Below are positions 10,701-23,777 of a stretch of DNA of 64,000 nucleotides, piece by piece (position 1 is the first letter of the stretch; each line of letters begins with the position of its first letter). Below the pieces are notes generated by a model. The model saw only the letters and a program-made list of their open reading frames with translations. It searched no databases and was not told where the DNA came from. The stretch comes from Anolis carolinensis. Lineage: Eukaryota. The stretch is from contig NW_026943819.1 of assembly GCF_035594765.1 (NCBI RefSeq), positions 1,054,001 to 1,118,000 of the forward strand, written 5' to 3'. Position numbers and translations under genes: made by a program.

Positions 10701-12973
10701 GGCCCCTTCTACACAGCTGGATAAAATGCACACTGAAGTGGATTATATGGCAGTGTGGACTGAAGATAATCCAGTTCCAAGCAGATAGTATAAGATTATA
10801 AATGGGTTATATAGCTGTGTGGAAGGGCCTTGAGTCTACACTGCCATATAATCCAGTTAAAATCTGATAATCTGTATTTTATAGGCAGTGTGGAAGAGGC
10901 CTAAGTGAGGCCTAACTCTGCTTGTCCCCTGGGCTGAGTGGGTTGCTAGGAGACCAAGTGGGCAGAGCTTAGCCTTCTAACTGGCAGCAATTGGATAAAA
11001 ACAATTATTCCTCTCCCTCTAATTAGGACTTTATTTTTCTTTTCTTTTTGTTGTATGAACGCAGAGGCATGGATGAGGGGTTGTGCTGCCAAGTTTAGTG
11101 TTTCTGGGATGTGTAGTTTTGTTGTTTTGTCCTAGGCCGAAATTTCATTACCCTTTTATATATATAGATTAACCCTTCCCCATGCCATCTCTTTCAGGCC
11201 GAGAAGCCCCAGGAGAACTCAACCGACACAGAGGATGATCTGAGAAATGAGGTGGGTGAGTTTTTTGGACCCTTCTAATGCTCCCTGAGTGGGTTTGCAT
11301 GGTTTTCAGAGGCCGCCTCCACACTGTTTCCTTTTCCCGCTGCTGTCTCAGGTGCTGCAGTTCAACACAAACTGCCCCGAATGCAATGCGCCTGCCACTA
11401 CGAACATGAAGCTGGTGCGTATCCTTTCAGCTACGAAAGGAAGGAAGGAAAGAAGGAAGGAAGGGAGAGAGAGAGGGAGGGTTGACTTTGCAAATCATTA
11501 TGTCAGGAAAGCTCTGTGTTGGGAATTTGGAGTAAACATATAAATCCAGGTTATGTCCCAAAACCCTGTTAGAGATTTTGGTCCAGGAAGATAACTTTCC
11601 AAATGCGTGGGCTTCTGGCAGCACAGGGAGGAAGGGCCGCTATCTGGCCTCGTGTTTGTGTACATCAAGATGGGAAGTGTGAGCTTGGCTGTCAAGAGGC
11701 AGGTTTCCTTGACGCCTCCATCCAGAGATCCCGCACTTCAAGGAAGTCATCATCATGGCGACCAACTGCGAGGCCTGCGGGCACCGGACGAACGAGGTAA
11801 GGCCGGGGAGGCTGCGAAGAAGGCCGTTCCTTTGGGCTCTGCCCCCGGCTCTGTTTGATGGCCCTCCTGCCTGTCCGCAGGTCAAATCCGGAGGGGCCAT
11901 AGAGCCCTTGGGCACCAAGATCACCCTTCGCGTGACTGACGCCTCCGATCTGACGAGGGACGTTCTCAAGGTGGGCAGAGGGATCCGCCGGCAGGGTTCA
12001 GGGTTGTGCGGTGGAACCTCCTTCCTTGGAGGCTTTGAAACAGGCTAGATGGCCATCTGTTGGGAGGGTCTTGATTGTGCTTTTCTTGCATGGCAGAAAG
12101 GGGGCTGGAGTCGATGGCCCGTGTGGTCTTTTCCAACGCTGTTCTATGATTCTATGACCCAGTTGCATCTCTTCCTTCCCTCCTCAGTCGGAAACCTGCA
12201 GAGTGGAAATCCCGGAGCTGGAGTTCGAGTTAGGAATGGGCGGCCTGGGGGGAAAGTTCACGACTCTGGAAGGACTGCTGAAGGACATCCAGGCCCTGGT
12301 GAGCAGCCTCCCTTGCTTAATAATAACCACAATACAACTCGCTTTCCCGATTTAAGGGGGCCAAAAAGGGTCACCTGTGTCCTCCCTCTCCCACAGGTGG
12401 AAAGGAACCCCTTCACCCTCGGAGACAGCTCTAACCCGGACAGAACGGAGAAACTCCATGCGTTTGGAAGGAAACTGCAGCAGGTCAGGCACTTCCCTTT
12501 TGGCCCGCTGCCTTCTGTGTCTTCTGATGGTGCTGGACGTCCCTTTGGGTTGACCTTCCTCCTGAATATGAGCTGGGAGGGAAGGGATGCAAAAGCTTCT
12601 TCATTCTTGGATAGTTTTGCCTTTTGTCTCCCTCCCAGATCCTGGATGGGCAGCTCAAGGTCCACTTGATCCTGGACGACCCTGCAGGCAACAGCTATCT
12701 CCAGGTAAACACTTTGATTAAGAATGTTTTGAAATAAAACATCTATCCATAGCATCACATTTGGTGCACAAAGTTGCAGTCATACCTTCCGTAGTCTTCA
12801 TTACTCCAAGATGTGGGCCTCACAGAGAAGATTACTATCATTATTACTGTTATTATTACTATTACTATTATATGACACAGCAAACAAGATAGATATGCTG
12901 GACTTTGTATCACAAAATTACAAGTTGAACACTTCCCAAGTGTCTAGGACTGTGTGATGTATTACTATTATTA

Positions 12974-13017
<44 letters not shown>

Positions 13018-13440
13018 TTATTATGACACAGCAAACAAGATAGATATGCTGCATTTCGTATCACAAAATCACAAGCCGAACACTTCCCAAGTGTCTAGGA
13101 CTGTGTGATGTATTTTCAGATTATTATTATTATTATTATTATTACTACTATTATTTTATTATGACACAGCAAACAAGATAGACATGCTGCATTTCGTATC
13201 ACAAAATCACAAGTCGAACTCTTCCCAAGTGTCTAGGACTGTGTGATGTATTTTTGGATAATGCGCACAGATCCCAGTCGGGTGGCCTTTTGCAGTTGGC
13301 AGGTCATAATTTTGTCAATGCCTATTGTTTCCAAATGCCGGCTGAGATCTTTTGGCATGGCACCCAGTGTGCCCATCACCACTGGGACCACCTGCACTGG
13401 TTTCTGCCAGAGTCTTTGAAGTTCAATCTTGAGGTCCTGA

Positions 13441-13488
<48 letters not shown>

Positions 13489-13826
13489 GTTTTTATGCCC
13501 TGCATTATCTCTTCTGAAGGATACTCAAAGCGGCTTCCATTAAAAGTATGACCACACAAATTTATATATGCAAACATGAAACCAAAATTAAACATTATTT
13601 GGGTTTGAGAAGCAGTGCAAGGGAAGGGAGAGAGGTGGCCTTGCACTGTTGTATCGTTACCTGGAGTTTCTGGTTCTCTTTCTACCTGCAGAACACCTAC
13701 GCTCCCGAGGAAGACCCCGAGATGGCTGTGGAGCGCTACGAGCGGTGCTTTGAGCAGAACGAGGAGCTGGGCCTGAACGACATGAAGACGGAGGGCTACG
13801 CGGATGAGGCCTCTCCCCAGCGGTAG
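5254..13826 (+). CDS. ZPR1: Zinc finger protein ZPR1, 14 coding exons
   Basis: Exons 5254-5412, 6752-6913, 8227-8317, 9742-9812, 10023-10109, 10208-10330, 11198-11251, 11352-11418, 11726-11796, 11881-11970, 12188-12298, 12397-12483, 12639-12704, 13692-13826, all GT-AG and in frame. Two C4 fingers (CMAC..CSHC; CPEC..CEAC) and C-terminus [20 protein letters not shown] at 13897-13902. Confidence 0.96.
5570..6516. repeat. Compound minisatellite tgtgttgggatgtgacagtgggctttc + (AAT)n
   Basis: About 20 copies of a ~27-bp core separated by variable AAT tracts, ZPR1 intron 1. Confidence 0.9.
7110..8066. mobile_element. hAT MITE whose interior is filled by a ctgtgacagt-core minisatellite
   Basis: Ends caggcacgggccaac.../...gttggccatgcctg; degenerate TSD ggctatca/ggttataa; array at 7165-8008. 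Confidence 0.65.
8684..9066 (-). mobile_element. R4/Dong retrotransposon 3' fragment (a second 3' end lies on + at ~9094-9195)
   Basis: ORF 8752-9093 [24 protein letters not shown]...IIRKYITQS; TAA/TTA tracts at the junctions. Confidence 0.85.
10533..11168 (-). mobile_element. Non-autonomous Helitron
   Basis: Minus strand A|TCTATATA... 5' end; 3' GC-rich stem gccacagcaacgcgtggc then CTAG|T; no TSD. Confidence 0.75.
11419..11725 (+). other. U12-type (minor spliceosome) GT-AG intron of ZPR1
   Basis: 5' splice site GTATCCTTT; branch site TTCCTTGAC 11705-11713, about 10 nt before the AG; no long polypyrimidine tract. Confidence 0.9.
12873..13440 (-). mobile_element. Stack of three R4/Dong 3' ends separated by (TTA)n
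   Basis: tgacacagcaaacaagatag...ttcccaagtgtctaggactgtgtgatg occurs three times. Confidence 0.85.
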
Positions 13827-14488
13827 CAGTGCCCCTTCCCGGCCACGGAGGGACTCCTCGGAGGCGGGCGTTCGCCCTCCGCAAGCTTGACCATGCAATA
13901 AAGCTGAGCCAGGGCTCGGTTGGACACTCGGATTGGCTCCTCTGTGGTGTTTGGGCTCCGTTTTGTGCAGCGGCACTCCCAAGAGGTCGGTTCAGGCCTC
14001 AGTTCCATCCAGTGCAGGCATGGGCAAACTTCAGCCCTCTAGGTGTTTAACTCCCACCATTCCTAACAGCCTCAGGCCCTTTCCTTTCTCCCTTCAGCCA
14101 CTTAAGCTCTTAGGAATGGTGCGAGTTGAAGGTAATGTTATGCAATATTTCAAATAATATTGTCCATGGAAAGTTTGGGAAGGTCTGCTTCGAAGCCAGT
14201 TTGGACCTATCGGAGCCCAAAAGAAGGACAATATGGATTTAAGGAACATATTACTTTTGTATAATTATGATGATTCTTACGTACTTCTGTCCTAACCTCT
14301 TTCCCCTCCACAAATAATACAATTAAACGGTTCTATCTTCTTTGGGTGCCTTGCTGGGAAAAAGACAGGAGATAGAGAGACAGATAGATAGATCTATAGA
14401 TGATAGATAGATTCCTCCAGTATATATTCTAATTAGCCCCAATGCTTAAGGATAGATGGATGGAGATTTATATATCTCTACATATATA

Positions 14489-14852
14489 GTAAGGTAAAGG
14501 TATCCCCTTGACATTAAGTCTAGTCGTGTCCGACCTTGGGGGTTGGTGCTCCCTTCAGGGAAATGGAGGCAGGATACAAAAATAAAGTTATTATCATTAT
14601 TATTAAGCCGAACAGCTGGTGTTGTCCGTAGGGTCATGTGTCCATGGGCATGACTGCATGGAGCACCGTTACCTTCCTGCCGGAGCGGTACCTATTGATC
14701 TTCTCACATTTGCATGTTTTCAAACTGCTAGGTTGGCAGAAGCTGGGGCTAACAGCGGGAGCTCATTCCGCTCCCAGGATTTGAACCTGCAACCTTTTGG
14801 TCTGCAAATTCAGCAGCTCAGCAGTTTAACCCGCTGTGCTACTGGGAGCTCC
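14489..14852 (-). mobile_element. Sauria SINE (further fragments at ~22718-22800 and 32750-32965)
   Basis: tRNA-like head, body cagcttctgccaacctagcagtttgaaaacatgcaaatg and (ACCTTT)n tail match the recalled Sauria SINE consensus. Confidence 0.8.
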
Positions 14853-14857
14853 ATGTA

Positions 14858-15379
14858 TCTATATATATAAAAGAGTGATGGCATCAGGGCAGCGGACAAA
14901 ACAACAAAACTACAGGCCCCCCAACCTCGAAATTTGACAACACAACCCATCATCCACGCCTCTAGGTTGATACAACAAAAAGAAAAGAAAAATAAAGTCC
15001 TAATTAGAAAGAGAGGAATAATTGTTTTTATCCAATTGCTGCCAGTTACAAGGCTAAGTTCGCCCACTTGGTCTCCTAGCAACCTCCTCAGCCCAGGGGA
15101 CAGGCACCAGAGTTTGGAGAGACCCCTAAGGGCCAACCAGCCCAACCCTTTCTACTATGCAGCAGGACACAATGCAAGCATTCCCAACACATGGACAACT
15201 TATAAATACTATACAATACTACACAGGGACACAGACCCCCTCTACCCTCACCACTTTCACAGTACACAAACAACCAAATGCATACTCAACATCAAGACAA
15301 CCATACAACAGACATTCAATACCACCACGACCTCAACAAGTTCTCACCAACACCACCAGACAACGCCACAGCAACGCGT
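14858..15379 (+). mobile_element. Non-autonomous Helitron (3' end runs into an N gap)
   Basis: A|TCTATATATATAAAAGAGTGATGGC 5' end shared with the 33100-33542 copy; ends gccacagcaacgcgt before the gap. Confidence 0.7.
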
Positions 15380-15529
15380 NNNNNNNNNNNNNNNNNNNNN
15401 NNNNNNNNNNNNNNNNNNNNNNNNNNNNNNNNNNNNNNNNNNNNNNNNNNNNNNNNNNNNNNNNNNNNNNNNNNNNNNNNNNNNNNNNNNNNNNNNNNNN
15501 NNNNNNNNNNNNNNNNNNNNNNNNNNNCC

Positions 15530-16095
15530 CTTCTCACCCAAAGGGACTCAGGGCGGCATACAAAATTGGCAACAATTCGATGCCTATACATAATTAAAAC
15601 AGCAATAAAAATCCAATAAAACAATTAAAACAATATAAAAATATAAAAACATATGATTAAAATCCATTCCTCCAAAATCCTCGTGCTGTAGCCATAAATC
15701 AGTCCGGGTCGTCATTATCATTTAATCTTCAAAAGCCTGGGCACATAGCCATGTTTTCAGGGCTTTTCTAAAACTCAAAAGGGTTGGGGCGTGCCGTATT
15801 TCTCTGGGGAGGGTGTTCCACAGCCGAGTGGGGAGCCACCACCGAGAAGGAAGGCCCTGTCTCGTCCCCACCAGCCGTGCCTGTGAGGCAGGCGGGACCG
15901 AGAGCAGGGCCTCTCCAGATGACCTTAGGGATCTTCCTGGCTCATAGGAGGAGATACGTTCGGACAAGTAGATTGGGCCAGAACCGTTTAGGGCTTTATA
16001 GGTCAAGACCAGCACTTTGAATTGGGCTCGGTAGCATATCGGCAGCCAGTGGAGCTGGCTAAGTAGGGAGGTGGTACGCTCCCTATAAGCCGCCT
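15530..16095 (-). mobile_element. L2 LINE 3' fragment
   Basis: FKVLVLTYKALNGSGPIYL...RSLRSS...LWNTLPREIR...FRKALKTWL is a typical L2 ORF2 C-terminus. Confidence 0.85.
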
Positions 16096-16679
16096 ATAAG
16101 CGCCTATATATACACACACATACATATATATATAAAATACCTGTAATATAATATATAATAATAATTTATAAATATATAATATATTGTATACACATATAAT
16201 ATTGATAATATTATAATGGAATGCAATATTATACTAATGATACAATATAATAATATTGTATTATTAGTAATATATTACTAATAATATTACAATATAATGA
16301 TATAGTACAATATAGTAATTTAATGCTTATATTGTGCTATGCTAGTAATATATTGTACGTTCATTTGATTTGTAAGCCGCTCTGAGTCCCCTTCGGGGTG
16401 AGAAGAGCAGGATATAAATGTAGCAAATAAATAAATAATATCCTAGGCCCTTGGAGCTCAATATTCAGAGCCGAATCCCAGACACTTGGAGCTCATGTGC
16501 ATGTGTGCTGTGTTGTTGTGCACATGGAACATGTATTATTGTTGGGCAATTCCTCCCAAGCTGGTCTGGTGCTCCAGAAAGTGGCGGCGGCCGCCAGGGG
16601 TCGCTCTGCGCAAGCGTGTCTCTTTTGAGGCAGGAGCGCGTCTCTATGGGTTTTTCTCTGCCCAGGCGGGCCTTTTCCT

Positions 16680-16711
16680 CCGCTTCCGGCCTTGGCGGGC
16701 AAGATGGCGGC
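16680..16711 (+). promoter_or_regulatory. BUD13 proximal ETS and YY1 motifs
   Basis: CTTCCGG 16683-16689; CAAGATGGCGGC overlapping the ATG. Confidence 0.55.
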
Positions 16712-19700
16712 GGTGGGCCTCTCGAAGGCGGAGTACCTGAAGCGTTACTTGGACGGAGGAGGAGGAGGAGGCGGCGGGAAGGAGGCGGAGGAGGAGGGCA
16801 AGAAGCGGCGCCGGAGGAGGAAGAAGGAGGCGGAGGAGGAGAAGGGGGCGCCCAGGAGCCGGTGAGGAGGGAGCGAGAGAGAGAGGGAAGGAAGGAAGGA
16901 AGGGAGGAGGCCGAGAGAGTCTGGCTGACTGACTGACTGACTGAGGCAAGGCCGCCACCCAGCCAACCCTCACAAACTCCCCCAGGATTCCCAGTTGGCC
17001 ATGTTGGGTCTGTGTGCCCAATTTGGTCCAGATTCCTCATCTGCTGGATTCAGTGTTCTCTGACTACGGGGGAACTATAACTCCCTGGTGCCAAAGTCAA
17101 TCACCCCAAAGTCCACCAGCCTGCAAAGTTGGGCAGCGTTGGGTCTGTGTGCCAAGTTTGGTCCAGGTCCGTCATCAGATGGGTTCAGTGTTCTGTGGAT
17201 AAGGGTGAACTACAACTCCCAGATTCCCGGGAAATCACTTTGAAACCATACCAGTATTTCCAGTTGGCTATGCTGGGTCTGTGTGACCAATTTGGTCCAG
17301 ATCAGTCACTTGCTGGGTTCACCCGTATTCTCAGAATATGCGTGAACTACCATGTTTCCCCGAAAAGAAGGCAGTGTCTTATATTAATTTTTGCTCCCAA
17401 AGATGCGCTAGGTCTTATTTTCAGGGGATGTCTTATTTTTCCATGAAGAATTCACATTTATTGTTGAACAAAAAAAATGAACATTATATACTGTACAGTA
17501 GTTGTCATCACAAACCAGCATAACCAGATAAACTGTGAATCCTATCAAGAATTTCTTGTTATTGCCATTATTTGCATGTACAACACTGGTATGTACATTT
17601 ACCAAACCCGCATACTCTGGTGTTCTGTTCGGCGGGCATGCTTCCAAACAAAAACTTCGCTAGGTCTTACTTTCAGGGGAGGCCTTATATTTAGCAATTC
17701 AGCAAAACCTCCACTAGGTCTTATTTTCTGGGGATGTCTTATTTTCAGGGAAACAGGGTATAACTCTCTGGTGCCAAGGTCAATCACCCCAAAGTCCACC
17801 AGCCTGCAAAGTTGGGCAGCATTGGGTCTGTGTCAAGTTTGGTCCATGTCCGTCATCAGATGGGTTCAGTGTTCTGTGGAAAAGGGTGAACTACAACTCC
17901 CAGATTCCCGGGGCAACCACCTTGAAACCGTACCAGTATTCCCAGTTGGCCATGTTGGGTCTGTGTGCCCAATTTGGTCCAGATCCATCACTTGCTGGGT
18001 TCACCCGTATTCTCAGAATACGCGTGAACTATAACTCTCTCATGCCAAGGTCAGTCACCTCAAGTGGGCAGCATTGAGTCTGTGTGCCAAGTTTGGTGCA
18101 AGCCAGGTGATTACTGGGCTTCTTATTATATTCTGATATCGTCATGAGTGGTCGTCACATTGGATTTCTTTTTCTCTGTTGACGCTTAGGATGCGCATCG
18201 TGGATGACGATGACACAAGCTGGAAGAGCGTTCCTGTGGAGCAGGACAATGCGGATGAGGAAGGGGAGGAAGGGGATTTGCCTGTGGTGAGGCTCTGAAA
18301 GCTGCATGGCATGGCGGCACTAAAGTTGTGTAATTGCACTACATAACACAATTTCTGTTCCTGGGTTATTTATTTACTTATTTACAGTATTTATATTCCG
18401 CTTCCTCGCTTGGAAAATGCTTAATCTTGGAGCGAAAGTGGCCTTTGGATGAAGTCTGGATGACATTTTAATCTGTTGCCTTCAGGTGGCAGAGTTTGTT
18501 GACGAGCGGCCAGATGAAGTGAAATGGATGGAGACGTTCCGCACCAGCAACAAATGGAAGCTGATGGGAGGTTAGCATCATGCCGTTCTTTTAAAGCTCC
18601 TTAGCGTACTTCTTTAACATACTGTCCTCAGACTTTTCCCCAAGGATGGGAACTTCATCTTGGCATCCCAGATTCAGAGTGGCTTGGGGTGTTCTTGTTA
18701 TGTCTTACTTGCATAGGATTTATATAGAGACACGTGTTGAGGGTAATTGTGGTGCTTTCTTTTCTTAGAACAAAAGGAGGAGGAGCCCCAAAAGTCTGAT
18801 CATTCTGCTTTTGCAAAATCGGCAAACAGGTGAGGAGTGTGAGTGGTTGAACAGCTTGCTGTCTGAGGCTGGGAAGTCTGCTTAAAAGCCTTTTGCAGCT
18901 TCTTGTATGTAATAATAATAATAATAATTAATAATAATAATTTTATTTCTTACCCGTCTCCTCTCATGGCTCAAGGCATTTATATTTATTTACTCCTCGC
19001 CTCTCCTTTTGGCTTGAGGTGGGGCACAACATAGTCAAGGTTTGGTTAATTAAAAACTCACTTTTGCTCTTCAGCATATGGAGAGGAGGAGGACAAGGAC
19101 CCTAGGCACCTAATGTACTGCTGGCTTGTTGGCTAGTGGGCTGTGTTACAGCACTGCGACATAATTAATTTTAATGTATTTGCAATTAAACCTTGTTTTT
19201 TTTTATAAACTAAGGTTCATGTTTTTATGCTAAATAATTTTAATTTTAATTTGTTGAGAGGTGTTAGCTGGCCCTGATAGTTTCTTGTCTGGAATTTTCA
19301 GAGTGTTGTTCTTTATTTACTGTTCTGATTTTAGAGTTTTCTAAATGCTGGGAGCCAGATAGTGTTCATTGTCATGGTTTCCTCCTTTCTGTTGTCCACG
19401 TGCTTCTTGTGGATTTCAATGGCTTCTCTGGGCAGTCCGACATGGTGGTTGTGAGAGCGGTCCATCTTTTCTGTGTTCTCAAATAATATGCTGTGTCCAG
19501 GTTGGTTCATCAAGTGCTGTGCTATGGCTGACTTCTCTGGTTGGATCAGTCTTGAGTTATTTATTTATTATTTTATTTTATGCACGCTGTGATCTTTCTC
19601 GCTTCCCTTGCCTTCCAGTTCAGAAGCTGCAAAGCAACAGAAAACGGCCCCTTTCCCAGATCAGTCCCCGCCAAGAAGGAGCCGCCATGATTCACCGGAC

Positions 19701-22700
19701 GCGTCTCCGCCCAGGAAAGGCCGCCATGATTCGCCGGACCTGTCCCCGCCCAGGAGGGACCGTCATATGGGGCCCCAATCCGGAGCAAGCGGAAACAACA
19801 GCAGGTCTTTGGACCAAGGCCGGCGGGAGCGCTTCCCGGAAAAGGACGCAGCCCGTCCGAAGAGGCAAGCAAGTCCTGATGCAGCGGCACCTCAGAAGAA
19901 GACACACCGTTCGGATGCAGACCTGCTGCTGCCTCGAAAGCAGCCGGCACCCAGAGGTCGGTGGAAAGCAACGTCCTTTTTTGTGGGCTCTGAATTGACT
20001 TCTAAATCGACTTAAATCATTTCTCCTAAAAATCACATGTCTTTGTGCCCAGTATTTCTGGGACATATTATTTATTTATTTCTCTCTTTTCTCCCGGACT
20101 CAAAGCAACGCACAACATGTAAAAAGCAAGAACATAACATACAATAAAAAACAGCAGCGTCGTAGACATAATACTTTTTATAAAAATCATATGAACCGAC
20201 ATAAAAGTGATTGACATCTAAACATAGAGACACAAACAGTCAATAGATTTAAAAGAACCCATCAACTATCATTTCGTTTAGGCTGCAGCCAGGTCCATTG
20301 CCAGAGGACCATTTCAATCCAGACATTGCACATTATAGATGTGGCATTTGTTCTCCTTCAGGGAAGGCCTGTTTCCACAGGAAAGTTTTTACTTGGTTCC
20401 TGAAATTTTTGTTCCGTGTCAGGAGCGACTTGAGAAACTGCAAGTCGCTTCTGGTGTGAGAGAATTGGCTGTCTGCAAGGACGTTGCCCAGGGGATGTTG
20501 CCCAGATGTTTTGATGTTTTACCGTCCTTGTGGGAGGCTTCTCTCATGTCCCCGCATGCATGGGGAGCTGGAACTGAATGATAGTAGGGAGGGAGCCATT
20601 CTAACTCCGTTAAGAAGGGAGTTCCAGAGCCCTGCTAACCCTAACCCAAAAAGGCACCCTCTCTCATTCCCGCCAGTCGCACTTGGGGTGATTAGTAGGT
20701 GTTTAGAATGTGTTTAGCCTGTATGTTGTAGAGAAAGACGTGCTAGTTACTTTTGTATGTAAGAAAACATTCGTGAGTTGATCCATTTCTGCACGCTCGC
20801 TTGTTTCCATGAGCGGATTGTCTTGTGTCAATTTCCTTCCTTGTTCTGACTCTGGTCTTCCTCTTCAGGCGACAAGGCCGCCCCTTCCCCACAGAGGCGC
20901 CAAAGGCACGATTCCGATTCCAGTTCGGCTTCCCCTTTGCGGCGCAGCCAGGCCGGAGCAGACTCAGACTCAGACCTGTCCCCTCCGCGGCCCTCTCTCA
21001 ACCCGCAGCCTCGGCAGGGCTCTCCTTCGGACCTCTCTCCGCCCAGAAGGAAGCGCCGCGTATCGTCAGGCTCTTCGGACTTGTCTCCTCCCCGACGGGG
21101 TCGAGAGCCCCCACGGAAAGGCCGCCGGTCCAGGAGCCCCCCTGACCGCTCGCCTCCCCATCGGACAGAGGATACCAAAGGCAGGGGCAGCGGCCAAAGG
21201 GTGAGGAGGTGGTCAAGGGGGAAGGGACTGACATGGGATTGCCTTCCAAGCCATGGGAGGCCTTGGATGGCGTCTCCCTTGTAAAAATTATCGTTAGTCC
21301 TCGTAAGTTGGATTAAATACGTACTTACGATGTGATATCCGACACGTGCCAAAAACTTGAGAATCAAAACTTGCAGAATACTTTTTCTTTTGAATTCTGT
21401 AATGATTGGAAGTCAGTTTCACGTTCAGTGCAAGGAAGCAAAGCAAAGCCAAAAAGGCTGCCTTTCCTCTTGAAATGAAAATGGCTAGGTGTAAGTAATA
21501 GATGTGTTGAACCGTGAAAGATAAAATCTAGCCAACAGAATGTGTTACCGTATATACTCAAATATAAGCCGAGGCATCTAATTTTACCACAAAAAACTGG
21601 GAAATCATTGACTCAAGTATAAGCTGAGGGTGGTAAATTTCCGAAATAAAAATAGATACCAAAAAATTACATTAATTGAGGCATCAGTAGGTTAAATGAT
21701 TTTGAATATTTACATCAAGCTCTAATTTAAGATAAGACTGTCCAACTCTGATCAAATCATTCTTCTCATCTTCTTCAATGTAAATGTGCTTATGTATCCT
21801 TTTTAATAACAATAGAGTAAAATAATACATGTAATAATAAATACAGGAAAATAATACATGTAATAATAAATAGAGTAGAATAATAAATGTAATAAGATCA
21901 GAGTGAAATAATAAAAGTACTACTAATAATAAAAATAGAGTAAAATAAATGTAATAGTAGCAGCAATAATAGAATACAATAATAAATGTAATAATACCAT
22001 TAATAATAATAGAGAAAAATAATAAATGTACCATATATTCTCGAGTATAAGCTGACCCCAAATATAAGCCAACCAGGATCCTCACTCAAGTATAAGCTGA
22101 GGAGGCTTTTTTAGTCCTAAAAAAGGGCTGAAAAAGTAGGCTTATACTTGAGTATATACAGTATATTATATTCTTGTGTGCATACAATTGTGACATTGTT
22201 ACAAATCATGTACCTCTAACCAATTAAAAAAATAACATGCTTCAAGATGACATCGCTGAAAGAATTAAATATATGGATGGAGAATTGGGGGTCGAAATTG
22301 GTTCCTGTTGATGTTTTTGTCACCACCTTTATGCTGGCTTTGCCTTTCAGGACCCTCAGATGCTGTCGGGCGGCAAGGCGGGCCTGGTGTCGGCGGAGTT
22401 GCTGCGGAGGGAACAGAAGGAGCGAAGGCAGCAAGGAAGCGGCAGCAGCAAACACCTGGAAGGTGAGCACCTGGGGCACCTCATGGCTTTGGTTGCGCAG
22501 GGGGAGAGGCCGGCTTGTTCAAGCTCAACCGGGCCCTCATGGAGCCCAGTCCGGAGCAAACAGCAGCAACAGCGGAGCCTCCTTGATGTTCCTAGGATGC
22601 GCCTTTGGCCCTTTGTGCACAGATTCCCTTAGAGCAGGCATGGGCAAACCAAGACCCTCCAGATGTTTTGGACTCCAACTCCCACCATTCCTAACAGCCT

Positions 22701-23777
22701 CGGGCCCTTTCCTTTTCCAGACAACGCTGGCTCTTCAGCTTGGCAATGGAGATGAGCACCAACCCCCAGAGTCAGACACGACTGGACTTAACGTCAGGGG
22801 AAAACCAAGAAAGTGTTCCTTCCCTGGGTGGTCCCTTCCCGACTGTTCTTTTGATTCCTTGTCTCCTTCTTTCAGCTGAATCTCAACATGCCGAGACCGT
22901 TTTCCGGGACAAGTCTGGCCGCAAGAGGGACCTACAACAGGAGAAGCTGGAGCTGCAGAAGAAGGCGGAGGAGAAGTCCGAGCGAGAGTTGCAGTACGCC
23001 CAGTGGGGGAAAGGGTGAGCCGCTCCTTGCCTCTCTTCTGTCTTTCCAGGATGCTTAGCAAGCAATGGCCGGTCAGTCAGTGGGTCTCTGCCAGGCCTGG
23101 CGGGTCCTCTTCTAAACCGCGGCCCTTCCTTTCTGCCCCCAGCCTGGCGCAGAGCAGGCAGCAGCAGCAGAACGTGGAGGACGCCGTGAAGGAGATGCAG
23201 AAGCCCCTGGCGCGCTACATCGACGACCAGGACCTGGACAAGATGCTCCGGGAGCAGGAGCGGGAAGGCGACCCCATGGCCGGCTTCCTGAGGAAGAAGA
23301 AGGCCAAGGAGAGGAAGGACGTGAAAGGTCAGGCTGTGAGCGGGGAGCGGGCGGCAGCGGGGTGTTTCTGCCAGCACAATTTTCTGGCTTCTGCTATAGA
23401 TTGTTCCTCTCTCCTTCCCTCTTTCCTGTGCAGAAAAGCCAAGATATAATGGCCCAGCGCCTCCGCTGAACCGGTTTAACATCTGGCCTGGGCATCGCTG
23501 GGACGGAGTCGACAGGTGAGCCAAAGTTAATCAATCCTTCCCCTCTTTTGCCCTCCCTGATGCAGTTTTCCAGGCTCCAATTTTCTTAGGGTGGTGTCTT
23601 CAGCCAGACCTTAATATTCCCTTAGCCAGACCCCAGTTGTAACATTTCATTCAGTCCCTTTGTCGCTCTCCCTTCCTCCGCAGGTCGAACGGTTTTGAGC
23701 AGAAGCGCTTTGCCAGGCTCGCCAGCAAGAAGGCCGTGCAGGAGTTGGCCTACAAGTGGAGCGTGGAGGACATGTGA
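16704..23777 (+). CDS. BUD13: BUD13 homolog (RES complex subunit), 11 coding exons
   Basis: Exons 16704-16861, 18190-18286, 18486-18570, 18769-18829, 19619-19956, 20869-21200, 22351-22462, 22876-23014, 23143-23327, 23434-23515, 23684-23777. N-terminus [25 protein letters not shown] repeats, C-terminus [25 protein letters not shown]...YKWSVEDM. Confidence 0.95.
16975..18105. repeat. Tandemly duplicated intronic repeat with a nested TA-flanked Tc1/pogo-type MITE (~17350-17758)
   Basis: Repeated cagttggccatgttgggtctgtgtgcccaatttggtccaga; MITE ends ccatgtttccccgaaa/ttttcagggaaacaggg. Confidence 0.7.
19258..19548 (-). mobile_element. Penelope-like element fragment (GIY-YIG endonuclease C-terminus); second fragment at ~30265-30680
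   Basis: [23 protein letters not shown]...REAIEIHK. Confidence 0.75.
21548..22162. mobile_element. TA-flanked Tc1/mariner MITE family (copies at ~41956-42190, 44616-45805 and 55053-55984)
   Basis: Ends ccgtatatactc(a/g)a.tataagcc / ggcttatact(t/c)gagtatatacag. Confidence 0.75.
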
